In this document: positions 50,913 through 60,710 of the stretch, one piece after another | Layout of the letters: each line of letters starts with the position of its first letter | Numbering within the stretch: position 1 is the first letter of the stretch | From: Flavobacteriales bacterium | GTDB taxonomy: Bacteria; Bacteroidota; Bacteroidia; Flavobacteriales_E; Vicingaceae | DNA length: 64,000 bases | Assembly (NCBI GenBank): GCA_037624665.1 | Contig: JASJIW010000062.1 | Coordinates: forward strand, 2,632-66,631 | Direction: 5' to 3' | Notes under the pieces: generated by a model | Databases searched by the model: none | What the model was told of the DNA's origin: nothing | What the model saw: only the letters and a program-made list of their open reading frames with translations | Translations under genes and position numbers: made by a program

Positions 50913-50953
50913 GCAACCACAAAGCAAATCTTCGAAGTTGCTCTTAATAAAAC

Positions 50954-53209
50954 TTATTTTAAAGTATACCTTACGCCAAAAAAGCCTCTAATCCCTTGAA
51001 AAGTTGCATAAACATAAGAAGGATCAAACTTATGGCCATTTGGGTTATCTGGAGAATTAACATTTTTATCGAAAGGATCATTTGCTCTTAAAATTGAATT
51101 TTTAAGAGGTGTAAAATTTAAAAGGTTTTTAATCCCCCCATAAATTTCCCAGTTCTTTTTAAATGTTTTGGTCATTTGTATGTTTTGGATACTGTACCAA
51201 TCAGAATATTCTGGTCTTACATCATTCACAACAACTGGTAATTTCATAGGCCCATATAAATTACCCGTATAATCAATCTTTATCTTCGCTTTTTCAAATT
51301 TATACGTTAGACTGTAAGTTCCAGAAACTTCCTCAGTCAACAATTGTTTCTCTCGTTTTAAATTTCCATTTTCATCATTATTCATTTCGTAAACATCAAT
51401 AAAAGTAGCCCCTATTTTTATGTTTAATGGTATGGAGAAATTAATACTTAAATCAAAGCTTCCTCCTTGCGAAATGGCATGTCCATCAATATTTTCATAA
51501 ATAATTTGTTGAACATTTGTTTCATAATCAGGAGAAATTTTATTATTGAAATAGGTATAAAATATACTTGCATCAAAATTGATAAACCCAAACTTTGTAT
51601 TGATAAAGCGTTGATAATTTAGGTTAGCGTTATAAGTTGTTTCAGGATCTAAAGTTCCATTAATTACAACTTCTCTTGCTCCTGTTGTTGCAGCATGATC
51701 TTCTGTAAACAAATTAACTACTCTATAACCTGTCCCTGTACTTAAACGAAATGTGTTGTTATCATTTGGCGACCATTTGTAATTAAACCGAGGCGTAAAA
51801 ATATTACCATGTCTCGAATCATAATCATATCGAACGCCCAGTAATACTTTATTCTTTTCATTGAGCGAAATAGCATCCTGCACAAAAATCCCAGGTAAAC
51901 TTGCAATATCAGGTTTATTTGTAGGGTTTAAGGTATCACTACTAAGAGTTGCAAAAGTATTATCATCATAATAGTTAAAACGATAAGCTGCACCAACTAA
52001 AATATCATGCAAATCTAACTTCTTATCCCAATAAAATTGAGAGAAAGCAATTTTCTGTTGCGCCAAATAAGGAACATTACCGTAAACTGAATTTTGATCA
52101 TGATCAGAATATGAAAAACTCAACATAATACGTTCTTTCGTTGGCAATTGATACTTCCCAATCATTTCATATCTACTTGTATAAACAGATTCTCCATACA
52201 AACTATCTCCACCTCTAAATTCTGGAGTCCATTGCATTTCCCCTCCCCATCTATCTTCATAAATATATCTGAATGCCATAGAGAATTCTCGATCCTCTTT
52301 ACGTTTAAAACTCCATTTATTAAAAACTGAAATTCTATCCTGTAAGGTTAAATCAGTAAAATTATCGCCATTATTATCTATCGGATTATCATATTTAAAA
52401 TAACTCAATCCTAACGAAGAAGTAATCTTTTTTGAAGGTTTGAACATTATTCCTAAATCAGTATTTACCTCTTCCCAAGTTGTACCAAAAAGATCAACAC
52501 TTAATTTTGCCGTCTCTTCGGGAGCTTTCGTAATTACATTTATTAAACCCCCAACTGCTTCCGACCCAAACAAAGTAGATGCCGGCCCTTTTACAACTTC
52601 CATTTGCCCTATCATACTATTCGGAATACCATTTAAACCATACACTGTAGATAATCCACCAACAATTGGCATCCCATCAATCGTAATCATTGTATAGGGC
52701 CCTTCCATACCATTTATATGTACATCGCCAGTATTACAAACACTACAATTTATTTGAGGACGAACACCATTTACAATCTGTAAGGCTTCAAACAAAGCCG
52801 GAGTTGGATTCTTTTTAAAATAAGCTGGCTTATAAACTTTAATTGGGACAGCTGATTCCATAATTGAAATCTCTTTTAAGGTTCCCGTAACAACAAACTC
52901 ATCCAATTGAGAGGCTGTTTTTTCTAATACAGAATTGACTGAAATCATTTTACCTTCAAGAACAATAATTGTTTTTTTATAATTTTTATAACCTAGGTTA
53001 GAAATCTTTAATGTATATTTTCCTTCTGGTACACCCTGAATAGAAAATCTTCCATATATGTCTGTTGCCGCCCCATAAGAAGTACCAACTAACCAAATAT
53101 TAGCAAAAGGAACTACTTCTTTACTATCTCTTACCAAACCTTTTACAGTTCCACTTTGAGCTATAGCTAATAAGGGTAAAAACAATGATAATAGAATAAG
53201 GTATTTCAT
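50954..53209 (-). CDS. TonB-dependent receptor with N-terminal carboxypeptidase-regulatory-like domain
   Basis: Signal peptide, GTVKGLVRD...GKYTLKISNLGY, plug (MEVVKGPASTLFGSEAVGGLINVITK), and a barrel ending FFGVRYTLK. Confidence 0.9.
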   Translation of the reverse strand: MKYLILLSLFLPLLAIAQSGTVKGLVRDSKEVVPFANIWLVGTSYGAATDIYGRFSIQGVPEGKYTLKISNLGYKNYKKTIIVLEGKMISVNSVLEKTASQLDEFVVTGTLKEISIMESAVPIKVYKPAYFKKNPTPALFEALQIVNGVRPQINCSVCNTGDVHINGMEGPYTMITIDGMPIVGGLSTVYGLNGIPNSMIGQMEVVKGPASTLFGSEAVGGLINVITKAPEETAKLSVDLFGTTWEEVNTDLGIMFKPSKKITSSLGLSYFKYDNPIDNNGDNFTDLTLQDRISVFNKWSFKRKEDREFSMAFRYIYEDRWGGEMQWTPEFRGGDSLYGESVYTSRYEMIGKYQLPTKERIMLSFSYSDHDQNSVYGNVPYLAQQKIAFSQFYWDKKLDLHDILVGAAYRFNYYDDNTFATLSSDTLNPTNKPDIASLPGIFVQDAISLNEKNKVLLGVRYDYDSRHGNIFTPRFNYKWSPNDNNTFRLSTGTGYRVVNLFTEDHAATTGAREVVINGTLDPETTYNANLNYQRFINTKFGFINFDASIFYTYFNNKISPDYETNVQQIIYENIDGHAISQGGSFDLSINFSIPLNIKIGATFIDVYEMNNDENGNLKREKQLLTEEVSGTYSLTYKFEKAKIKIDYTGNLYGPMKLPVVVNDVRPEYSDWYSIQNIQMTKTFKKNWEIYGGIKNLLNFTPLKNSILRANDPFDKNVNSPDNPNGHKFDPSYVYATFQGIRGFFGVRYTLK

Positions 53210-53242
53210 TAATTATAATTTTTAAACAAAACTAAATATAAC

Positions 53243-53260
53243 TTTTAGATTAGTCTAAAA
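53243..53260. promoter_or_regulatory. candidate DtxR/MntR-family operator palindrome in a divergent promoter
   Basis: ttttagaTTAGtctaaaa has 7-bp perfect inverted arms. The core TTAGATTAGTCTAA resembles the DtxR box half TTAGGTTAGCCTAA. It lies between the TonB receptor and regulator starts. Confidence 0.45.
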
Positions 53261-53314
53261 ATATATTTATATTAATCAATTTATTTTTTTAACTTCGCAG
53301 AAACATTCTATAAA

Positions 53315-53977
53315 ATGAATTCATTTACAGAAGAAAATTATTTAAAAGCAATTTTTAAATTAGGGAACAAAACCGAAGGTGGAGTTTCAACTAATTCAAT
53401 TGCAGAAGCATTAGACACTAAGGCATCTTCTGTTACTGATATGATTAAAAAATTATCAGATAAAAAACTGGTTAATTACAAAAAATACCAAGGGGTAACT
53501 CTTACAAATACAGGAAAAAAAATAGCTGTTTCTATTATCCGAAACCACCGATTATGGGAAGTTTTTTTGGTAGAAAAATTAAACTTTAAGTGGGATGAGG
53601 TTCATGATTTAGCAGAAGATTTAGAACATATCAAGTCTGACAAACTCACAGATCAATTAGACTCATTTTTAGAATTCCCTAAGTACGATCCGCACGGAGA
53701 CCCAATTCCTGATAAAGATGGAAACATTCATCAACACCAAAATATTACCCTAGCAGATTTAAACAAAAATGAAAAAGGTATTGTGGTTGGTGTTAAAGAA
53801 CACTCTAAAAGCTATTTGAATTATTTAGAAAGTACAAATCTAGTATTAGGTGCAGAAATTAAAGTAACAGCTGTTGTAGACTTTGACAAATCTATGAGTA
53901 TTACTGTTAATGGAACAGCTAAAGCAAACATCTCGTATCAAGCGAGTAAAAATTTAATAATTAAAAAAGAAAATTAA
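53315..53977 (+). CDS. DtxR/MntR-family metal-dependent transcriptional regulator with C-terminal FeoA/SH3-like domain
   Basis: ENYLKAIFKL, winged-helix region, RNHRLWEVFLVEKL, HGDPIP. Confidence 0.88.
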   Translation: MNSFTEENYLKAIFKLGNKTEGGVSTNSIAEALDTKASSVTDMIKKLSDKKLVNYKKYQGVTLTNTGKKIAVSIIRNHRLWEVFLVEKLNFKWDEVHDLAEDLEHIKSDKLTDQLDSFLEFPKYDPHGDPIPDKDGNIHQHQNITLADLNKNEKGIVVGVKEHSKSYLNYLESTNLVLGAEIKVTAVVDFDKSMSITVNGTAKANISYQASKNLIIKKEN

Positions 53978-53980
53978 AAA

Positions 53981-54802
53981 ATGGATAAGTTAATATTATT
54001 CTTTGAAGGAATAGACCCCGTAATGCAAGCACTCTATGCCACTCTTTTTACATGGGGAGTTACAGCCTGTGGAGCATCTTTTGTATTCTTTTTCAAAAAA
54101 ATGAACAGAGCAATTTTTGATGGAATGCTTGGATTTACAGGCGGTGTAATGGTCGCGGCAAGTTTTTGGTCATTATTGAGCCCTTCAATCGAAATGAGTG
54201 AAGGCGAAGGTTTTATAAAAGTAATACCTGCTGCAATTGGATTTTTAGGAGGTGCACTTTTCTTATATGGATTAGACAAAGTTCTACCACATTTACACAT
54301 CAATTTTAGACCAGATGAAGCTGAAGGTGTAAAAACAGAATGGCACCGTTCAATTTTACTTGTGTTGGCAATTACGTTGCATAATATACCTGAAGGATTA
54401 GCAATTGGTGTTTTATTTGGAGCTGCCGCAGTAGGAATTGATGGCGCAACAGTTGGTGGTGCTATTGCACTGGCTATCGGTATTGGAATACAAAACTTCC
54501 CTGAAGGAATTGCAGTTTCTATGCCCTTAAGAAGGCAAGGTTTAAGCCGTTGGAAAAGTTTTCATTACGGACAACTTTCCGCAATTGTTGAACCAATAGC
54601 AGCAGTATTTGGAGCATGGGCAGTTATTGCTTTTCAACCAATTTTACCTTACGCTTTAGCTTTTGCTGCTGGAGCAATGATTTTTGTAGTGGTAGAAGAA
54701 GTAATACCAGAAACACAAAGAGATAAGTTTACTGATATTGCTGTACTTGGTTTTATTGGTGGTTTTATTGTAATGATGGTACTTGATGTTGGTTTAGGTT
54801 AA
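53981..54802 (+). CDS. ZIP family metal transporter (ZupT/GufA-like)
   Basis: HNIPEGLAIG and QNFPEGIAVS motifs, about 8 TM helices. Confidence 0.88.
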   Translation: MDKLILFFEGIDPVMQALYATLFTWGVTACGASFVFFFKKMNRAIFDGMLGFTGGVMVAASFWSLLSPSIEMSEGEGFIKVIPAAIGFLGGALFLYGLDKVLPHLHINFRPDEAEGVKTEWHRSILLVLAITLHNIPEGLAIGVLFGAAAVGIDGATVGGAIALAIGIGIQNFPEGIAVSMPLRRQGLSRWKSFHYGQLSAIVEPIAAVFGAWAVIAFQPILPYALAFAAGAMIFVVVEEVIPETQRDKFTDIAVLGFIGGFIVMMVLDVGLG

Positions 54803-54854
54803 ATGGTATTTAGTTTATAGTGAATAGTTTTTTGTTATTTCTTAATTTCGCTCT

Positions 54855-55304
54855 GTGAGTAATCAAATTAACATAAAAAACAAAAAAGCTAAATTCGAAT
54901 ACGAATTTCTAGAAAAGTTTACTGCTGGATTACAGCTTTATGGAACTGAAATAAAATCCATAAGAGCAGGTAAAGCAAGTATTGTAGAAGGTTATTGCTA
55001 TGTACATAATGGTGAAGTGTTTATTAAAAACATGTACATAGCCGAATATGAACAAGCCTCTTACAACAACCACGAGACCCGTAGAGATAGAAAGCTTCTT
55101 TTAAATAGAAACGAAATAGATAAACTCATCAAAAAGAAAAAAGATGTTGGTTTAACTATTGTTCCGATTAGTTTATTTCTTAACGGTAAGGGTTATGCGA
55201 AGCTCGACATTGCACTAGCTAGAGGTAAAAAGATACACGATAAACGTCAGGACCTTAAAACCAAGGATGACAAGCGTAGTATGGATAGAGCTATGAAGGT
55301 TTAA
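54855..55304 (+). CDS. smpB: SsrA-binding protein
   Basis: GTG start. NKKAKFEYEFLEKFTAGLQLYGTEIKSIR, RDRKLLLNRNEI. Confidence 0.93.
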   Translation: MSNQINIKNKKAKFEYEFLEKFTAGLQLYGTEIKSIRAGKASIVEGYCYVHNGEVFIKNMYIAEYEQASYNNHETRRDRKLLLNRNEIDKLIKKKKDVGLTIVPISLFLNGKGYAKLDIALARGKKIHDKRQDLKTKDDKRSMDRAMKV

Positions 55305-55357
55305 TATTTATATCCATACTTCTAACTTCTGACTCGCGTCTATCTTCTAACTCATTC

Positions 55358-56461
55358 CTACTCTACCACTACTATCTTCTCTGTATAATATGGTTTATCA
55401 TCAACCATTAATTCCATAAAGTAAATCCCTGGTTTAATTGAGTGTTGAGCCAAATTAACAATCAATTTGTTGGTTCCTTTATTGCTGAAATTTTGGTATA
55501 CTACTCCAACATTTTTCCCTAGCACATCTTTAAGGTTAACTGTCAAATCACCTGAGATACTACTGTTATAATCAATTACTAAATGATGTTTTGTTGGATT
55601 TGGAAAAACAGTAACGTTGTTCATTTTTGGAAATTCCTTAACACTTACAGGAGTATAAAAATCATCTTGATATTCTATTTGAGTAACAATTCCTAAGTTA
55701 GAAACCATCTTTAATATTGGAATTCCCGAACCAGCAGCCAACCATTTGTATTCAATCTCTTCTGGACGAGGAGTTGTAAATCCGAAAGAAAATTGATCAA
55801 TATAAACAGTATCAATTTTATTTAAAACAGATTTAACTCTTAGTGCATTGTAAGTTCCATTTGGCAATACTAAAGAACCCCAACCATCAACAGTACTAAT
55901 TCTTTCAACGTCTTGTCCATAATGACCTAGAGCAGGTACAGTTATGTCAAACGCTGAAATAGAGGTTGTACTAGTTGTACCAGTCGTATAATTCATTGGA
56001 AAAATATATTCTTTATCTATAGGTGTATTTTTTACAGAAGCAGGAACACCATTAATGTTAGCCCCAAAACCAACATTATTATATTCCGAAGCTGAATTTT
56101 TAATATAATTAAACACCTCCGTTAACGATACTGTAGCTGGAACTTGAATTTCAAACCCTCTTTTGGCATAACTCGAATTATAGCTAGGGGAAAAAGGATT
56201 GTTAAAAAAAACTTGATATAGAAATGGCGTTGAACCAACAGTAAAGAAAGTATCTACTCGCTGAGAATCTGGTACTAATGTTGAAAAATCCCAAGTAAAA
56301 TTAGCTCCAGTTAAAATTGGATCTAATCCCTGACCATTTAAAGTAGTACTTAGTCTAAATGTATCACTAGCATTTGGCATATCTGTACTTGTAATGGTTA
56401 TTTGCCCAAAAGAATAAAAAGTTGCAATACTCAACGTTAAAAATGTAATCAGTTTTTTCAT
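55358..56461 (-). CDS. secreted protein of unknown function with T9SS type A C-terminal sorting domain
   Basis: Signal peptide. C-terminus VTVFPNPTKHHLVIDY...IKPGIYFMELMVDDKPYYTEKIVVVE. Confidence 0.75.
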   Translation of the reverse strand: MKKLITFLTLSIATFYSFGQITITSTDMPNASDTFRLSTTLNGQGLDPILTGANFTWDFSTLVPDSQRVDTFFTVGSTPFLYQVFFNNPFSPSYNSSYAKRGFEIQVPATVSLTEVFNYIKNSASEYNNVGFGANINGVPASVKNTPIDKEYIFPMNYTTGTTSTTSISAFDITVPALGHYGQDVERISTVDGWGSLVLPNGTYNALRVKSVLNKIDTVYIDQFSFGFTTPRPEEIEYKWLAAGSGIPILKMVSNLGIVTQIEYQDDFYTPVSVKEFPKMNNVTVFPNPTKHHLVIDYNSSISGDLTVNLKDVLGKNVGVVYQNFSNKGTNKLIVNLAQHSIKPGIYFMELMVDDKPYYTEKIVVVE

Positions 56462-56599
56462 AGCTTATTTTTTTTTAAAAATAGCTATTAAAACTGACTT
56501 TCCAACCTAAAAAAAGGTAGCCTTCTATACATTAAAGACATATAACATGGGAAACTATATCTAAATGGGTTAGATGTTGATCATAAAAAATACAGAATA

Positions 56600-56630
56600 A
56601 AAAAGCCTAACTACCAAATAGTTAGGCTTA
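56600..56630 (-). terminator. rho-independent terminator after tmRNA
   Basis: aagcctaact-accaaat-agttaggctt, followed on the minus strand by TTTTT. Confidence 0.7.
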
Positions 56631-56638
56631 AATAATGT

Positions 56639-57035
56639 GGAGTCGGAGGGACTCGAACCCTCGTCCAAACAAGGAAACGACAAGCTTTCTACGTGTGTAG
56701 TTTTTAATTAATTGTTAGGCTTAATACAGGCTAAAAACAGCCAATAAAAAGCTTAGTCTTCTAGTGTTTCACCGATAAACCGAAGCAATTTACCTAGCTA
56801 GTTCAAAATTATGAATCTCTAAACCAACAGTTAATGAACAGAACTGTTGAGAGAATAATGGTCCTTCCGCCTAGCGGTAGGATAAAGATAATCAGACTTA
56901 GTCTGGATTATGCAGCCATTGCGTAGTTATTTTCGCCTATTAGCGATTTGTGAACTGAGATTAACGAGCAAACTCACAACGCTCGACACGCTTACAGGCC
57001 AAATTCATCTTGCTGTCAAAACCAAAAACGACCCC
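56639..57035 (-). ncRNA. ssrA: tmRNA (transfer-messenger RNA)
   Basis: The minus strand begins GGGGTCGTTTTTGG...GACAGC and ends with T-arm GGGTTCGAGTCCC and acceptor CCGACTCC-A. G3:U pair present. Internal tag ORF GGC GAA AAT AAC TAC GCA ATG GCT GCA TAA = GENNYAMAA* (56908-56937). Confidence 0.93.
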
Positions 57036-57115
57036 ATTTATTTACAAAGAACTACATCTTAAGTGCAAAGATAACACATTATTAAGCTCAAATTTCTATT
57101 TTTACAGAAAATAGA

Positions 57116-58333
57116 ATGATTATGAAAATAGGCATCATAAAAGAAGGAAAAACACCGCCAGATGAGAGGGTTCCATTATCTCCAGAACAGTGTAAAGAAA
57201 TCAAAGACAACTATTCTTATATCAACTTAGTTGTTCAAAAAAGTAATATTAGAAGATTTAAAGACGAAGATTACACCAACTGTGGTATAGAGTTAGTTGA
57301 TTCTGTAGATGATTGCGATGTACTAATTGGAGTTAAAGAAGTACCTGTTGATCAATTGATTGCCAATAAAAAATATTTCTATTTTTCGCATACAACAAAA
57401 AAACAGCCTTATAATAGATTGCTACTAAAAACAATGTTGGATAAAAACATTACAATGGTAGATTATGAAGGATTAACAAACGAAAGAGGAACTCGATTAA
57501 TAGGTTTTGGAAAATATGCAGGAATTGTTGGAGCCTACAACTCTTTTTATGCGTTAGGAAAAAGAACTGGAGCCTTCGATTTAAAAAGAGCTTACCTGTG
57601 TGAAGATAGAGCAGAAATGGAAGGTGAAATGAATAAAATCACTTTACCGTCTAATTATAAAATTATTACTACCGGTGGTGGTAGAGTTGCTTCTGGAATA
57701 CTTGAGATTCTAGAAAAAATAAACATCAAAAAAGTTTCAGCTAAAGAGTTTTTAACTGAAGATTTTAATGAGCCTGTTTATGCTCAAACATTAGTTGATG
57801 ACTATTATAAAAAAGCTGATGGTGCTGACTTTACTATAAGTGATGTATATAATAATCCTCAAGACTTTGAAAGAGATTTTATGAAGTTTGCTAAAGTTGC
57901 AGACATGTATATCTCTGGTCATTTTTGGGACAGTAATGCCCCATACATTTACACGAGAGAGGATGCTAAATCTGACAACTTTAACATTAAAGTAGTTGGT
58001 GATATTAGTTGTGATATTGATACTGCTGTAGCCAGCACAATTCGCCCGACAACTATTGCCGACCCATTATATGGTTACAACGCACAAACGGAAACTGAAA
58101 TTGATTTTAATACAGACAATGCTATTACAGTGATGGTAGTAGATAATTTACCTTGCGAGCTACCTAAAGATGCTTCAGCTGATTTTGGTAGAGAGTTTAT
58201 TGATAAAATATTACCGCATTTAATTGATGATAAAGAAAATGTAATTGGAAGAGCTACAATTTGTGCAAACGGAGATTTAACTCCTGATTACGAATTTTTA
58301 AGAGATTACGTAAACGGAGAAGTTATTGCCTAA
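57116..58333 (+). CDS. NAD(P)-dependent alanine-dehydrogenase/saccharopine-dehydrogenase (LKR)-like oxidoreductase
   Basis: MKIGIIKEGKTPPDERVPLSP N-terminus and a central GGGRVASG dinucleotide fold. Likely start is the ATG at 57122. Confidence 0.6.
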   Translation: MIMKIGIIKEGKTPPDERVPLSPEQCKEIKDNYSYINLVVQKSNIRRFKDEDYTNCGIELVDSVDDCDVLIGVKEVPVDQLIANKKYFYFSHTTKKQPYNRLLLKTMLDKNITMVDYEGLTNERGTRLIGFGKYAGIVGAYNSFYALGKRTGAFDLKRAYLCEDRAEMEGEMNKITLPSNYKIITTGGGRVASGILEILEKINIKKVSAKEFLTEDFNEPVYAQTLVDDYYKKADGADFTISDVYNNPQDFERDFMKFAKVADMYISGHFWDSNAPYIYTREDAKSDNFNIKVVGDISCDIDTAVASTIRPTTIADPLYGYNAQTETEIDFNTDNAITVMVVDNLPCELPKDASADFGREFIDKILPHLIDDKENVIGRATICANGDLTPDYEFLRDYVNGEVIA

Positions 58334-59264
58334 GAATCTTATTCTTCCCGACTTTTTGCTTTATTAAACAGTACAAATATTCTGTTTTAATAATTTCTTT
58401 GCCACTTTCACTGGTTTCCATTGGAATACGCTGTAAATGATTGCTCGCAGAATCTTCCTTAATTCCTGCACAACCAAAAGTTAAATCTGTAAATTCCGAA
58501 ATCTTGTTAAACAGTTGTTGCAGAACACCATCATCCGTAAACGGAAAAGAAAACACACTATACTCTAGATTGAATTGTGATTTAATAGTTGCTAAACTCT
58601 CTTGAGTTTGACTGAGTTGCTCCGCAAAGTCTAAATCCTTATACAAAGGATGATCCTTACTATGCGCACCAAAAGTAAACCCCTCTCCTATTAATTCTTT
58701 AATTTGTTCTGATGTTAAATAAGGTTGATGTTTTTTTAGATACGCATCAAAATCAACCTTATGCTCATTTGCCAACCCATCTAAAATAAATTTATCCGCA
58801 TATTTTAAATTAAGCAGCTCATCATTTTGTAGCTCATCAAAAAGAATACTTGCTTTAAACCTGTAAAACAATGCTGCATTATCAATAAAATCAGCGTTCA
58901 AAAAAACGGTAGCATGCACACCTCTTTCTTTCAAAATTGGAGCAACAACCGTATAGAACTCCTTTAAACCATCATCAAAAGTAATATGAAAACAATTGTC
59001 AGTTATAGCTTTACCCGATTTATTCAGGGTTATTAATTCTTCTAACGAAATTGAGTTATAATGCTTCAACAAAAAATCTAAGTCCTCCTTAAATCGCTCA
59101 ATACTTCTAGCCGCATAAAGATGTTGTACATGTTTTGGTGTTTCATCGGAAACAAGATGATAAAATGGCAAAATTAAACGCTGCTTCGTTTTACGTGCCA
59201 ACCCCTCTAAACTATAGATAGTTGAGCCAAAATTAGATATATTTTTAATCGTTTTTTTTATCAT
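58323..59264 (-). CDS. polysaccharide deacetylase (NodB homology) family protein
   Basis: HITFDDGLKEFY, ATVFLNADFID, GAHSKDHP. Confidence 0.8.
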   Translation of the reverse strand: MIKKTIKNISNFGSTIYSLEGLARKTKQRLILPFYHLVSDETPKHVQHLYAARSIERFKEDLDFLLKHYNSISLEELITLNKSGKAITDNCFHITFDDGLKEFYTVVAPILKERGVHATVFLNADFIDNAALFYRFKASILFDELQNDELLNLKYADKFILDGLANEHKVDFDAYLKKHQPYLTSEQIKELIGEGFTFGAHSKDHPLYKDLDFAEQLSQTQESLATIKSQFNLEYSVFSFPFTDDGVLQQLFNKISEFTDLTFGCAGIKEDSASNHLQRIPMETSESGKEIIKTEYLYCLIKQKVGKNKILRQ

Positions 59265-59383
59265 ATCTCCTTCAAAAATAGCTTTAAATATTAAAAATTG
59301 CAGAAAACTCTTTTTATTTTATAATTTTGGCGACCAATTGTTGCTGATAATTATTTTATCATGCTCCAAATTTATATTGTATT

Positions 59384-60361
59384 ATGAGAGAAATTCAATT
59401 TAGAGAAGCTTTAAACGAAGCAATGTGTGAAGAAATGAGAAAGGATGATACTATTATCCTTTTAGGTGAAGAAGTTGCTGAATATAATGGTGCTTACAAA
59501 GTAAGTAAAGGTATGTTAGATGAGTTTGGTGAAAAAAGAGTCATCGATACTCCTATTGCTGAAAACGGATTTTCAGGAATTGCTGTTGGTGCTGCCATGA
59601 ATGGTTTGCGTCCGATAGTAGAATATATGACATGGAACTTTTCTTTAGTTTCTATTGATCAAATCGTTAACAATGCTGCTAAGATGTACAACATGTCTGG
59701 TGGTCAATTAAATATACCTATCGTATTTAGAGGTGGTACTGGTGCTGCTGGACAATTAGGAGCAACACACTCGCAAGATTTTTCTAACTGGTACGCAAAC
59801 TGTCCAGGTTTAAAGGTTGTACAACCTTCAAACCCTAAAGATGCAAAAGGTTTATTAAAAGCTGCAATTAGAGATAACGATCCTGTTTTATTTATGGAAT
59901 CTGAGCAAATGTATGGCGACAAAGGTGAAGTACCTGAAGGGGAATACATTATACCTATTGGTGCTGCAGATGTTGTAAAACAAGGGACAGATGTTACCAT
60001 TGTAAGTTTTGGTAAAATGATGAAAATTGTTAATGCTGCTGCTATTGAATTAGCAAAAGAAGGTATTAATGCAGAGGTAATCGACTTAAGAAGTTTACGT
60101 CCTATTGATTATGATACAATCATTAACTCTGTAAAGAAAACAAACCGAATGGTTTTTGTTGAAGAATCATGGCCATTAGGATCTTTCTCAACAGAATTAA
60201 CTTTTAAAGTACAACAAAATGCTTTCGATTACTTAGATGCACCAGTTGCTAGAGTTACCGGAGCTGATGTTCCAATGAGTTTTTCAGTTCCATTAATTGA
60301 AGCTTACATGCCAAATGTAGACAAAGTGATTAAAGCAACTAAACAAGTAATGTATAGATAG
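59384..60361 (+). CDS. pdhB: pyruvate dehydrogenase E1 component beta subunit
   Basis: LGEEVAEYNGAYKVSKG, RVIDTPIAENGF, transketolase C-terminal domain. Confidence 0.93.
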   Translation: MREIQFREALNEAMCEEMRKDDTIILLGEEVAEYNGAYKVSKGMLDEFGEKRVIDTPIAENGFSGIAVGAAMNGLRPIVEYMTWNFSLVSIDQIVNNAAKMYNMSGGQLNIPIVFRGGTGAAGQLGATHSQDFSNWYANCPGLKVVQPSNPKDAKGLLKAAIRDNDPVLFMESEQMYGDKGEVPEGEYIIPIGAADVVKQGTDVTIVSFGKMMKIVNAAAIELAKEGINAEVIDLRSLRPIDYDTIINSVKKTNRMVFVEESWPLGSFSTELTFKVQQNAFDYLDAPVARVTGADVPMSFSVPLIEAYMPNVDKVIKATKQVMYR

Positions 60362-60384
60362 AATACAAATTCAATACTATAATT

Positions 60385-60418
60385 AAAAGCCAAAATGCAC
60401 ATGCATTTTGGCTTTTTT
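60385..60418 (+). terminator. rho-independent terminator after pdhB
   Basis: aaaagccaaaatgc-acat-gcattttggctttttt. Confidence 0.8.
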
Positions 60419-60710
60419 GTCCTTCTAAAACAAAAAAAACGGTGCCTTTCCCATGCAACTGATAATCCAGACACAGTATATTCCTCTAACAAAATTTCTC
60501 TTAGCTCACCGGAATGACCATCCAAACACAAAAACATCGCTTTCATTAAATACCAACCAATAAACTAAACATAAACTTTATTATTTAATACTTCTGACTC
60601 CAAACGCTCATTTTTCAAAGACCAACAGTCATATTATTAGGCGTTCACCATTTAATTCCCTACTTTTGCCGACCTTAATTAAATTTTAAAAAATTAATAA
60701 ATAACTATAT

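Noticed and set aside
59384-60361. pdhB being 27 kb from pdhA/E2 as evidence of rearrangement
   Set aside because: No flanking repeats or mobile genes were found. From general knowledge of Flavobacteriia, an unlinked E1-beta gene is common.
60304-60546. 80-aa minus-strand ORF after pdhB
   Set aside because: Its C-terminal part is antisense to pdhB and it spans the pdhB terminator hairpin. The segment 60420-60546 is somewhat GC-richer and could be a gene remnant, but I recognise no family.
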